Positions 36,413 to 45,969 of a DNA stretch of 64,000 nucleotides are shown here, one piece after another. Each line of letters opens with the position of its first letter. Position 1 is the first letter of the stretch. Made by a program: the position numbers and the translations under genes. Source of the stretch: Pseudomonadota bacterium (GTDB lineage Bacteria > Pseudomonadota > Alphaproteobacteria > Rhizobiales > Beijerinckiaceae); the NCBI GenBank assembly GCA_040756295.1, contig JBFLZN010000002.1, forward strand, positions 640,102 through 704,101. Direction: 5' to 3'. Below the pieces are notes generated by a model. That model had not been told where the DNA came from. It made no database searches and worked only from the letters and a program-made list of their open reading frames with translations.

Positions 36413-37534
36413 TCATAGCAATTTCATGACGCCGTCGACGAAGGCGGGGGTGTCTGCGCGCGGCAGGAACTGCGCGCAGCCAAGCGCCATGCGCTCCCAA
36501 AGATCCTCGTCTTCGTGCAGCCATTGCATGAAAAACGCAAGGCCGGCGGGATTGTCCGGCTCGACGACGAAACCGTTGACGCCGCTGCGCACGAGCGTTT
36601 CGAGCGCGCCGCAATTATGCGAAATGATGGTCGGCACGCCCATCGCCTGCGCTTCGATGATGACATTGCCGAATTGCTCTTCGATGCTCGGCAGGACGAG
36701 TGCGAGCGATTGTGCGAGCTCATGCGCAATCTCCGGCCGCTGCAAGAAGCCGCGCAGGACCACAAGATCGCCAAGGTTGAGCGCGGCGATTTTCGCCCGC
36801 AATTCGGCTTCGAGTTCGCCGGAGCCGCAGATGTGCAAGGGGCGCGGCGCCGCAACTGCCTGGCGATAGAGCGCATAGGCATCGAGCAACACGGCCAGGT
36901 TCTTTTTCGGCACGAGGCGGGTGATGGCGGTGAAATGGCGCTCGGCATGCGGCGCGCCGCCAGGCGCGGGCGCCGCACCCGCCAGGCTGCGGATTTCGCC
37001 GACCGACAAAGTGTTATGGCCGTAGGCGATCGGCACTTTGTTGCCACGCAGGAAGCGGATGTACTCCTCCGACCGGCCGCGATTGGTCAGGAACCCGGCA
37101 TAGGGGAGCAGGATGAGCGATTTGAAAACTTCCCAGCGGATCTTGCGGTCGTAATCATCGAACTTCGACAGCAGCAGGCCGAAGACGCGCTTGTTCGTCA
37201 GCGCCAGGATCGCCGACGTGATGATGACCACCGGATCATTATAATGGCTGAAGAAAAAGGCATCTGCCTTCGACTTGAGGCAGAACGACAATGTACGCCA
37301 CAGTTTCCGCCGGAAGCCGATCGAGGCCGGCGCGGCGTCGGGAAAGAGCGTGACGAGGCTGAAATTCTTCGCATCCGGCGCGACCCAATCATAGGTCGTG
37401 CTCTTGCCGGTCCATTGGACGCCGACAATCTCCCATTGATCGGCGACGGCGCGCGCCAGCGCGCTCAGCCGATCGACATGCATCGGGCCGAAATTTTCCC
37501 AGAGAAAGACGACCTTCCTGAGCCGCGTCGGCAC
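36413..37534 (-). CDS. Glycosyltransferase family 4
   Basis: FLWENFGPMHVDR, ITRLVPKKN, LPSIEEQFGNVIIEAQAMG. Confidence 0.88.
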   Translation of the reverse strand: MPTRLRKVVFLWENFGPMHVDRLSALARAVADQWEIVGVQWTGKSTTYDWVAPDAKNFSLVTLFPDAAPASIGFRRKLWRTLSFCLKSKADAFFFSHYNDPVVIITSAILALTNKRVFGLLLSKFDDYDRKIRWEVFKSLILLPYAGFLTNRGRSEEYIRFLRGNKVPIAYGHNTLSVGEIRSLAGAAPAPGGAPHAERHFTAITRLVPKKNLAVLLDAYALYRQAVAAPRPLHICGSGELEAELRAKIAALNLGDLVVLRGFLQRPEIAHELAQSLALVLPSIEEQFGNVIIEAQAMGVPTIISHNCGALETLVRSGVNGFVVEPDNPAGLAFFMQWLHEDEDLWERMALGCAQFLPRADTPAFVDGVMKLL

Positions 37535-37537
37535 GTG

Positions 37538-38647
37538 TCAGACGCTCTCGGTCAATCGCCCGACGGAATGGGCAAAGCTTATGGCGTCAGCCTCGGCGGC
37601 GAAGGCGCCCGTGCCGGCTGAGAGCCGTTCCCAGAGCAATTGATCGGAGGCAAGCCGGCCGAGGAAAAAGGCGATGCCCTCGACATTGTCGGACTGGATG
37701 ACAAAGCCATTGACGCCCGAGCGGACGAATTCGTCGCGCGCGCCGCAATTGTCCGAGACGATGACCGGCACGCCCATGGCCAAGGCCTCGACAATGGCGA
37801 AGCCGAATTGTTCTTCCGAGCTCGACTGTATCAGCACGAGAGTCGATCCAAGCGCCTGGCTGACCGCATCGGCCTGCTGAAAGCCCTCGAAGGTGACGAA
37901 TTCGGTCAGGTTCAGCTCGCGCACATGGTCACGCAATTCCTGATCGAGGCCGCCGTCTCCGAAAATCCGCAACCGGCGCGGGTGGTTGGTGCGCGATACA
38001 TACAGCGCAAAGGCATCGACCGCCACAAACAAATTCTTTTTGGCGACGAGGCGCGAGACGATGGTGAAGTGCCGGTCGTGGAAATCGACGCCATCGGGTG
38101 CCGGCGGCACGCCGGCGGCGCGGCGGATGCGTTCGACCGAGATCGTGTCGTAATAATTCTCGATCCGGGCGTTGCTCAGCCCGAGGAAGCTCAAATATTG
38201 CCGGCTGCGGCGCGAACCGACGATGGCGCCGACATAGGGCCAGATCCAGGCGGCTTTCAAAGCCTCGCGCCAGATCGAGCGCGGCCGGTCGTCGAATTTG
38301 GAATCGAGCAGAAGATAGACGCGCTTGCGCATGAGCCGCATCAGCATGGCGGCGATCTGGACGCTTGGCTCGTTATAGTGGCAGAGGAACACGTGCTTGG
38401 CGCCGGCGTTGACGCTGGCACGGACAAGCTCGAAGGCGGTGCGCAGCGCCCCCCAATGGGATTTGCCGTCGCGCAATGTCCGCTTGGTGAAATGCTGTCC
38501 CGTTTCCGGTGTCCAGGCGTAGGTCGTGCTCGCCGGGTTGAGCTCGATGCCGACGATCGACTTGCGCGGCATGGCGCGGGCCACGGCATCGCAACGGTCG
38601 ACATGGGTCGGCCCGAAATTCTCCCAGAAGAACATGATGCAGGTCAC
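37538..38647 (-). CDS. Glycosyltransferase family 4 (paralog of adjacent gene)
   Basis: FFWENFGPTHVDR, VSRLVAKKN, SSEEQFGFAIVEALAMG; GTG start 38647 chosen to avoid overlap. Confidence 0.85.
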   Translation of the reverse strand: MTCIMFFWENFGPTHVDRCDAVARAMPRKSIVGIELNPASTTYAWTPETGQHFTKRTLRDGKSHWGALRTAFELVRASVNAGAKHVFLCHYNEPSVQIAAMLMRLMRKRVYLLLDSKFDDRPRSIWREALKAAWIWPYVGAIVGSRRSRQYLSFLGLSNARIENYYDTISVERIRRAAGVPPAPDGVDFHDRHFTIVSRLVAKKNLFVAVDAFALYVSRTNHPRRLRIFGDGGLDQELRDHVRELNLTEFVTFEGFQQADAVSQALGSTLVLIQSSSEEQFGFAIVEALAMGVPVIVSDNCGARDEFVRSGVNGFVIQSDNVEGIAFFLGRLASDQLLWERLSAGTGAFAAEADAISFAHSVGRLTESV

Positions 38648-38660
38648 GGGTCGTCTCGGT

Positions 38661-39884
38661 CTATCCGGCGCGCGCGCCAACGCCGGGGGTTTTGGCGCAT
38701 GAGGCCAGGATGCTTTCAAAGCGTGCAGCGATCGCGCCGATGTCGAAATTTTCGTCGGCATAGGCGCGGGCCGCTGCGCCGGCTTTCTGCCGCGCCTCCG
38801 GATCTTTCAGGAAGCGCCGGATTGCCGCGACAAAGCCGGCCTCGTCGTCCGGCGCGACAACGGCGCCAGCGCCGGAGCGCATCAAGATTCGTGCCGCGAG
38901 ATTTGCCGCATTGGCGGCGAGCACAATGGCCTTGCCGCCGCTGAGATAGGAGAGAACCTTCGACGGCACGGAATAGATGGCGGCATCGGGTTCGATCATC
39001 GCCAGCATGACGTCGCCGGTCGCGAGAACGGCGCTGTAATCCTGGAAACTCTGGAACGGCAGGACGGTGAGATTGGCAAGTCCGCGCGCTTGCGCCGTCT
39101 CGCGCACCTCGTCGGCATATTTGCCTTCGGAGATGACGACGACGGCAACCTCTGGCTCGGCCTTGAACGCCTCGGCGGTTGCGACAAGCAACGCCGGGTT
39201 ATGTTTGAGGCCAAGCGTTCCCGAATACATCAGCACAAATTTCCCGTTCAAACCGTGCGCGCGGCTCCAATCATTGTCGCGCGGCAGAAGCAAAATCTTG
39301 TCTTTCGGCGCCCAATTCTCGATGACCGAAATGCGTTCGCGCGGCACGTGCCAAGCGATGAGCGGCGCGATGAAATCTTCCGTAATGGCGATGACCTGAT
39401 CCGCGCGCCGCAACAGGCGCTTTTCCAATTCTTCGTACCAAATGCCGATCGCATGTCCAACAACTGGAATTTTCTTCTGCAGGACAGCTTTGATCGCGTT
39501 CGAATAAATGTCCTGAAGCCAGAATACGAAACAAATATTACGCGCGCGGCAATAAGTTTGAATCACCTGCTGCGGATCGAGCGGATTGTTGCAGCCGACG
39601 ACGACATCAGGCTGCCAGTCGGCGATGCGCGCCGTGACGCGGCGGCCGTATTCGATCTCCTGCTGGCGGCGGGCGACGAAATCATATTTCTTGAACGGCT
39701 TGCCGAGGCTGATGGCTTCGACCTCGAACGTTGCAGGATCGTCCGGCTGGCGTGCGAGATCGCCCTTCGGGCTTTGAAAATCGCCGAGCGAAAGATGCAA
39801 AACGTTATGGCCACGCTTGGCAAGTTCGCGCGCCAGTTCGACGGTAAAGGCATGGCCTGAATAATCGTTGAGCAGAATTCTCAT
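38661..39884 (-). CDS. Glycosyltransferase family 4 (WcaI/WbuB-like)
   Basis: FWLQDIY, VIENWA, MYSGTLGLKH, SVPSKVLSYL..GK. Confidence 0.88.
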   Translation of the reverse strand: MRILLNDYSGHAFTVELARELAKRGHNVLHLSLGDFQSPKGDLARQPDDPATFEVEAISLGKPFKKYDFVARRQQEIEYGRRVTARIADWQPDVVVGCNNPLDPQQVIQTYCRARNICFVFWLQDIYSNAIKAVLQKKIPVVGHAIGIWYEELEKRLLRRADQVIAITEDFIAPLIAWHVPRERISVIENWAPKDKILLLPRDNDWSRAHGLNGKFVLMYSGTLGLKHNPALLVATAEAFKAEPEVAVVVISEGKYADEVRETAQARGLANLTVLPFQSFQDYSAVLATGDVMLAMIEPDAAIYSVPSKVLSYLSGGKAIVLAANAANLAARILMRSGAGAVVAPDDEAGFVAAIRRFLKDPEARQKAGAAARAYADENFDIGAIAARFESILASCAKTPGVGARAG

Positions 39885-40006
39885 ATTTTATGCGCGCTCC
39901 TGTCGCCGGCCGCACCCAACAGGGCAAATTTGGCAATTCCAAGCAGGGTCATGGAGTTCCGGCGCGGCCGAAACTCTAATGCGGGCGGTGAACGCCGCCT
40001 GAACGC

Positions 40007-40894
40007 TCAGGGTTTTGGTGCGGTGTGAACCTCGGCGATAGTGCCGCCCGGGAACTGGAAGAAGGCCGTGCGCCGCCCCGCCGCGGCAAAGGGCTCGACG
40101 ACGACGAACACGCCGGCCGCTTCCCCTTTCAGGATCGTCGCATCGAGATCGGCGACTTCGAAGCCCGTGGTCTCGCGTCCCCAGGGATAGGGCAATTGGC
40201 CGTCCGTCGCGAGAACAAGGGTCTTGCCGAAGCGAGATTCGATCAGCACCCGGCGAAAGGTGTGGAACGGCTCGCCGACTTCGATCCCCAGCGCCTTGCG
40301 ATCATCTTGGATGATCTTGCCTTGCGAGAAAGCGAGATAAGCGCGGATGAAGGCATCGGCCTGCTCCGGCGCGATATAGACGCGGTTTTCCGGGATTGTC
40401 GCGAGCGCCGGAGAATGCGGCGGTTGATTGTGCCAATAGAGCTGCATGTTGACGCCGCCCGGCCATTGCACGATCGCATCGCGGCCGATCGCATCTTCGA
40501 ACGGCGCGACGATAAGGCCGGCGCCATCGGCGCGCGCCGCGGCAATCGCGGCATCGAAATCGGCGACGAGAAAGCCGTTGCGCTCGGCGCCGAAGGGCGC
40601 CGGAATCGGCGTCACATAGCCGAAGACCGACAGCGTGCCGACCGGCGAATGGATGAGCTGCGATTTCGTCGTGCTCGGCGTCGGGGTGACATTGGCAATG
40701 ATCTCTTTTGTCGCCGTGCCGCCGAAAGTCGCCAGGAAACTTTTCACGAAGCGCTCGAAATCATCCGAGGCGACGTAGACATGCGTCGTATCGTATTGCG
40801 GGCCGACAGCGATTGCCGGCGCCGCGTCTGCCACGCGTGTTGCGCCGATGAACAGAGCCAGCGCGTTCGCCGCCAAGATCAAAGCCAGTCGCAT
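40007..40894 (-). CDS. Exported glyoxalase/VOC family protein
   Basis: Signal peptide; QYDTTHVYV; paired VOC repeats (QWPGGVNMQLYWH; QFPGG.IAEVH). Confidence 0.78.
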   Translation of the reverse strand: MRLALILAANALALFIGATRVADAAPAIAVGPQYDTTHVYVASDDFERFVKSFLATFGGTATKEIIANVTPTPSTTKSQLIHSPVGTLSVFGYVTPIPAPFGAERNGFLVADFDAAIAAARADGAGLIVAPFEDAIGRDAIVQWPGGVNMQLYWHNQPPHSPALATIPENRVYIAPEQADAFIRAYLAFSQGKIIQDDRKALGIEVGEPFHTFRRVLIESRFGKTLVLATDGQLPYPWGRETTGFEVADLDATILKGEAAGVFVVVEPFAAAGRRTAFFQFPGGTIAEVHTAPKP

Positions 40895-41025
40895 GTCATT
40901 CCTTTCGTGCGCCGCCAGCCGCGCGCTTCTGCGCAGCTGCGATAGCTCGTATTCACAAAAATCCGGGGGGCTAGGCAAGCCTCCGCCTCCTGCGGCGATG
41001 TCGCATGGCCGGCGTAAGAGAGGGG

Positions 41026-42552
41026 TCAGGCTTCGGCGATCAGGGCCTCGAAGCCGGCCTCCGCGATCAGCGATTCACGGTCGCGGCCGAGGGTCGCCAC
41101 GGCGAGCTTTCGGCCCTGGCTGAGATAGGCCACCTGGCAATTCTGGGCGGCGAGGTCGCCGTCGATCACCGTCTGGTCCCACTTTTCGGCATGGCCGACA
41201 TAGCGGATCGAGACATCGTAGTGCTGGCTCCAGAAGAACGGCACATCGTCATAGCGCTGCCGGCGGCCGAGCATGTTCAGCGCCGCGACCTGGCCTTGCC
41301 GTTCGGCGACGACCCAATGTTCGACGCGGATCGCCTGGCCGCTGAGCGGGTCGGGCCAGCGGGCCAGATCACCGGCGGCGAAGATGCCGGGCACGCTCGT
41401 TTCGAGATATGGGTCGACGCTGATGCCGCGGTCGGTCTTGAGCCCCGCCTGTTCGGCGAGCGCCAGCGACGGCCGCACGCCGATGCCGGCGACGACAAGA
41501 TCGGCGGGCAGCGTCGCGCCATTGCCGAGGGTCACGCCGCGCGCATCGATCGCATTGGCGCTGGTGCCGAGATGGAAGATCACGCCGTGCGATTCGTGCA
41601 GGGCGCGGATGAAGTCGCCGATCTCAGGGCCGAGAACCTTTTCGAGCGGCCGCGCTTCGGGGCCCACGACATGGACTTCGAGGCCGCGCTCGCGCAACGA
41701 AGCCGCCGTTTCGAGGCCGATGAAGCTCGCGCCGATGACGACGGCGCGTTTGGCTTTTTCCGCCGCGGCAATGATGGCGCGGCTATCGTCGAGGCTGCGC
41801 AGGTAATGCACCCGATCGGCGCCGGGGATGTTGAGATGCACTGGGTCGGCGCCGGTCGCGAGCAGCAGGCGGTCGTAGACATGCCGCGTGCCGTCGGCGA
41901 GTCGCACTTCTTTCGCCGCAGCGTCGAGACCTGTGACCCGCGCCTTCAGCACGAGATCGATGCCGTGCTTCTTGTAGAAATTGGGCGAGCGTAGCGGAAT
42001 CCACGATTCCTGCGCTTGCCCGGCAAGATAATCCTTGGAGAGGTTCGGCCGGTCGACCGGCCCCGCATCGTCGGCGCTGAGCATGGTGAGGCGGCCGGTA
42101 AAACCCTCCCGGCGCAGCTTTTCCGCTGCGGCATTGGCGGCCGCACCGCCGCCGACGATGACGATGTTTTGCGGTAACTCCGCGCCGGTGAGACCGGGCT
42201 GCGCGGCCGGCGCGATCTTCTCGGTCACATAAAGCGTGCCGTCGCGCTCCGACGTGCGCCAGGCCGGGACGCCGTCAAGCGCCGGCGCGCGCAGTGCCGC
42301 GCCGGTGCGGAGGCTGAAACAAGCATGGTGCAGCGGGCAGCGCACGGTGTCGCCAACGATCAGGCCTTCGGCGAGCGGGCCGTTGTAATGCGTGCAGGTG
42401 GCGCCGATCGCAAAAAATTCGCCGCCGCTGCGGGCGACGATCACCGCCTCGTCGCCGACATGGCCGAGCAACAGATCGCCTTCGGCGATCGTCGTCACAG
42501 GCACGCCGCGGGTGAGATCGGGGCCCTTGGTTTCGCTGCTCGACTCGCTCAT
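41026..42552 (-). CDS. Rieske [2Fe-2S] + FAD-dependent reductase fusion (AIF3-like)
   Basis: CTHYNGPL...CPLHHACF; IVIVGGGAA; VIGASFIGLE; IFAAGD; RVEHW; PFFWSQHY. Confidence 0.9.
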   Translation of the reverse strand: MSESSSETKGPDLTRGVPVTTIAEGDLLLGHVGDEAVIVARSGGEFFAIGATCTHYNGPLAEGLIVGDTVRCPLHHACFSLRTGAALRAPALDGVPAWRTSERDGTLYVTEKIAPAAQPGLTGAELPQNIVIVGGGAAANAAAEKLRREGFTGRLTMLSADDAGPVDRPNLSKDYLAGQAQESWIPLRSPNFYKKHGIDLVLKARVTGLDAAAKEVRLADGTRHVYDRLLLATGADPVHLNIPGADRVHYLRSLDDSRAIIAAAEKAKRAVVIGASFIGLETAASLRERGLEVHVVGPEARPLEKVLGPEIGDFIRALHESHGVIFHLGTSANAIDARGVTLGNGATLPADLVVAGIGVRPSLALAEQAGLKTDRGISVDPYLETSVPGIFAAGDLARWPDPLSGQAIRVEHWVVAERQGQVAALNMLGRRQRYDDVPFFWSQHYDVSIRYVGHAEKWDQTVIDGDLAAQNCQVAYLSQGRKLAVATLGRDRESLIAEAGFEALIAEA

Positions 42553-42564
42553 GTCGCTGCTCCC

Positions 42565-43443
42565 TTAATCGTCCGCGAGCGCCGCGCGGCGGAAGGCAAC
42601 GCGCGCCACCGCCGCCCAATCCTTGTCGCCCTCGCCATGCGCCATGGCATCGACGAAATTGTCGCGGATGACGCTGGCGAACGGCAGCGGCGCGCCGGCC
42701 TTTTCGCTTGCCGCCAGCATCAGCCGCACGTCCTTCAAGCCGAGCGCCAATTTGAATCCGGCCTCGTATTTCCGCTCCAGGATGGCGGCGCTGTAGGTCT
42801 TGTAAGCCGGGGCGGCGAACAAGGTTCCGGTGAGGATTTCGGCGATCGTCTCCGGCGCCACATTCTGGCGTTCGCCGAAGGCGAAGGCCTCAGCCATGGC
42901 CTCGATCGCCGAGACGAGAACGAAATTGGCGGCGAGCTTGGCGACATTGGCGAGATGCGGTTCGTCGCCGACGATCCAGGTCGCCTTGCCGATCGCGTCG
43001 AGCACCGGCTTGGCGCGGGCGATATCGGCCGGCTTGCCGGCGGCAAGCACGTTGAGCTCGCCCTTGGCGGCGACATCCGGCCGGCCGAGCACCGGCGCAC
43101 CGACATAGGCGACGCCGGCGTCGGCATGCAGCTTTTCGAGCCGTTTGGCGAAATCGACCGAGATCGTCGCGGTGACAAGATGAACAAGGCCCGGCCGCGC
43201 ATCCTTGAGCAGGCCGGGCGCGATGATCACCTCTTCGATCACCTCGTCCGAAGCCAGCATGGTGAGCACGGCGTCGGCCTGGAAGGCTTCCGCCGGGTCG
43301 GCGACCGATTGCGCCCCTTCGGCGCGCAATTTATCGACCGCCGCCTGCGACCGGTTCCAAACCAGCACCCGATGCCCCGCCGCGATGATCCGCGAGGCCA
43401 TGGCCGAGCCCATACCGCCAAGTCCGATAAAACCAACGTCCAC
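42565..43443 (-). CDS. NAD(P)-dependent beta-hydroxyacid dehydrogenase family
   Basis: VGFIGLGGMG, VWNRS, APVLGRP, AKLAAN, LKDVRL. Confidence 0.9.
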   Translation of the reverse strand: MDVGFIGLGGMGSAMASRIIAAGHRVLVWNRSQAAVDKLRAEGAQSVADPAEAFQADAVLTMLASDEVIEEVIIAPGLLKDARPGLVHLVTATISVDFAKRLEKLHADAGVAYVGAPVLGRPDVAAKGELNVLAAGKPADIARAKPVLDAIGKATWIVGDEPHLANVAKLAANFVLVSAIEAMAEAFAFGERQNVAPETIAEILTGTLFAAPAYKTYSAAILERKYEAGFKLALGLKDVRLMLAASEKAGAPLPFASVIRDNFVDAMAHGEGDKDWAAVARVAFRRAALADD

Positions 43444-43590
43444 CGCCGTCTCCTATGCTATCATCTTGAGCGGCAGTGGACTTTCGTCCGCATTGCGCCG
43501 CCCGCTTCCGCTGCTTATTTGCGCATGAGGCGCCAATTAGGCTAGGGCCTTGTCGGCCATAAAGGTTTGCCTGCCGGAAGAGGGAGAGAT

Positions 43591-45090
43591 TTGACCCGCC
43601 CCGCTGATTTCGACGACGCCAGCGACTCTTTTGCGACGGACCGCGACGAGAGCCTCGATCCGAAGGATTGGGAGGCCTTTCGCGCCGAGGCGCATCGCGG
43701 CCTCGACATGATGGTCGATTATCTGCGCGACGTCCGCCAGCGCAAGGTCTGGCAGCCGGCGCCGCCGGAGGTGCGGGCCGAATTCAAGACACCGCTGCCG
43801 CGCGAGGGCAAGCCGCTTGCCGCTTTGCTCGATACGTTCGAGACATCCATGCTGCCCTATGCGACGGGCAATACCCATCCGCTCTTCATGGGCTGGGTGC
43901 ATGGCGGCGGCACGCCCGTCGGCATGGTCGCCGAAATGCTGGCAGCGGGCCTCAATTCGAATTGCGGCGGCCGCGATCACATCGCCATCGAGGTCGAGCG
44001 CGAGATCACGCTGTGGCTGGCCGAGGCGTTCGATTTTCCGCGCGAATCCTCCGGCATCTTCGTCACCGGCTCGTCGATGGCGAATATGATTGCGGCGCTG
44101 GTCGCCCGCACCGATGTGCTGGGCGAGGCGGTGCGCACGCACGGCCTGCGGGCGAGCCCGCAGCTTGTCGGCTATGCATCGAGCGAGGCGCATGCCTGCA
44201 TCGAGCGGGCTTTTGAGATGGCCGGGATCGGCTCAGCCGCTTTGCGCCGCATCCCGGTCGACAGCAAACGACAATTGGATGTCGCAGCGTTGCGCGCGGC
44301 GATCGCGCAAGACCGCGCGGCAGGCCTGCAACCCTTCCTTGTCGTCGGCTCTGCTGGAACGGTGAACACCGGCGCGATCGACGATCTTTCAGCGCTCGCC
44401 GATCTCTGCGCGGCGGAAGATATCTGGTTCCATATCGACGGCGCGTTCGGCGCGCTCAGCGTTCTGTCGCCGGATCTGAAGCCGCTGGTGAAAGGCCTCG
44501 AGCGCGCCGATTCCGTGGCGCTCGATTTCCACAAATGGCTGCAGGTGCCATACGATGCCGGCTTCTTCATCTGCCGGCATCCTGATCTCCACCGCCAGAC
44601 CTTCATGAGCACCGCCGCATATCTGGCGCGGGCGCCGCGGGGCTTGGCCGCCGCCGACATCTGGCCTTGCGATCTTGGCCCGGATCTGTCGCGTGGGTTC
44701 CGGGCGCTCAAGACCTGGTTCACCTTCCAGGCTTTCGGGGCCGAGCGGTTGGGGGCGACGCTGGCGCAGACCTGCCGGGTCGCCAAACACCTCGAAAATT
44801 TGATCCGCCGCTCGTCGATCTTCGAGCTCAGCGCCGAGGTGACGCTCAACATCGTCTGCTTCAGCGTCAAGGGCGATACGACCGGCCGGATCAACCGCAC
44901 CATCGTCATGGACCTGCATGAATCCGGCCTTGCCGCGCCGTCGACGACCAAGCTCGGCGGCCGGCCGGTGATCCGTGCGGCGATCGTCAATCACCGGACA
45001 CAGATGCGGGATATGGACGCCTTCGTCGCCGCCGCCGAGGCTTGCGCGGTGCGCGTCCTCGCCGAACAGACAGCGCCTGTCGCCCCTTGA
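43591..45090 (+). CDS. Group II PLP-dependent decarboxylase
   Basis: HPLFMGW, AGTVNTGAIDD, WFHIDGAFG, DFHKWLQVPYDAG (PLP Lys), SRGFRALK; TTG start after GGGAG. Confidence 0.9.
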   Translation: MTRPADFDDASDSFATDRDESLDPKDWEAFRAEAHRGLDMMVDYLRDVRQRKVWQPAPPEVRAEFKTPLPREGKPLAALLDTFETSMLPYATGNTHPLFMGWVHGGGTPVGMVAEMLAAGLNSNCGGRDHIAIEVEREITLWLAEAFDFPRESSGIFVTGSSMANMIAALVARTDVLGEAVRTHGLRASPQLVGYASSEAHACIERAFEMAGIGSAALRRIPVDSKRQLDVAALRAAIAQDRAAGLQPFLVVGSAGTVNTGAIDDLSALADLCAAEDIWFHIDGAFGALSVLSPDLKPLVKGLERADSVALDFHKWLQVPYDAGFFICRHPDLHRQTFMSTAAYLARAPRGLAAADIWPCDLGPDLSRGFRALKTWFTFQAFGAERLGATLAQTCRVAKHLENLIRRSSIFELSAEVTLNIVCFSVKGDTTGRINRTIVMDLHESGLAAPSTTKLGGRPVIRAAIVNHRTQMRDMDAFVAAAEACAVRVLAEQTAPVAP

Positions 45091-45110
45091 GAAGAGCGCC
45101 GAGACCGACC

Positions 45111-45878
45111 ATGCGATTGTTGCGATCGGCGCTTTTCAATCTCTGTTTCTATCTCCTGATCATCGTGCTGATGATCGCGGCGCTGCCGGCTTTGGCGCGC
45201 GGCGGCGAGGCCATCGAAAGCCACGCGCGGCGCTGGGCGCGCTGGTCGATCGTGCTGCTCGAGCGCATCTGCGGCGTCAAAGTCGAATTTCGCGGATTGG
45301 AGAATTTGCCCGCCGGGGCGGCGATTGTCGCGGCCAAGCATCAATCGACGCTCGACGTGCTGGCGCTGATCCTCGCCGTGACGCGCTTCACCTTCATCTA
45401 CAAGCGCGAGCTCGATTTTCTGCCTTTGTTCGGCTCCTACCTGCGCGCCTGCGGGCAGGTTTCGATCGACCGGCGCAAGCGCGCCGGCGTCCTCGGCCAG
45501 ATCGTCGCCGCGGCGAAAGACACGTTCGCCAAGGACCGCCGGCTCATCATTTTTCCCGAGGGCACGCGCCGTCCGGTCGGTGCGCCGCCGCTCTATAAGG
45601 GGGGCGTTGCACGGCTCGTCGAAGCAACCGGCGTCACCTGCGTTCCGGTCGCCCTCAATTCGGGCCTGTTCTGGCCGCGCCGCCGTTTCATGCGCTGGCC
45701 GGGTACAATGGTTGTGGAATTCCTGCCGCCGATCCCGCCGGCTCTCGACAAGGACAAATTCATGCAGACGCTGGAGAGCCGGATCGAATCCGCCAGCGAC
45801 CGGCTGATCGCCGAAGCTCTGGGCAAAGATGCCAGTCTTGCCCCACCCACAGCCGCGGCGGGCCTTTCGCGAGGCTGA
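45111..45878 (+). CDS. Lysophospholipid acyltransferase (PlsC-like)
   Basis: AKHQS..D, FPEGTRR, PVALNSG. Confidence 0.9.
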   Translation: MRLLRSALFNLCFYLLIIVLMIAALPALARGGEAIESHARRWARWSIVLLERICGVKVEFRGLENLPAGAAIVAAKHQSTLDVLALILAVTRFTFIYKRELDFLPLFGSYLRACGQVSIDRRKRAGVLGQIVAAAKDTFAKDRRLIIFPEGTRRPVGAPPLYKGGVARLVEATGVTCVPVALNSGLFWPRRRFMRWPGTMVVEFLPPIPPALDKDKFMQTLESRIESASDRLIAEALGKDASLAPPTAAAGLSRG

Positions 45879-45918
45879 CTTGGTCTCGGCCGTGTGGCTT
45901 GACCCTTTCCCGTGGTTT

Positions 45919-45933
45919 GTTCCAAGTTTGTTC
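45919..45933 (+). promoter_or_regulatory. Candidate alphaproteobacterial LexA (SOS) box
   Basis: GTTC-CAAGTTT-GTTC is an exact GTTC-N7-GTTC match, ending 36 nt upstream of ATG 45970. Confidence 0.65.
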
Positions 45934-45969
45934 TTGCGAATCACTCGATGTTGAGTGAAGGATCAGATC

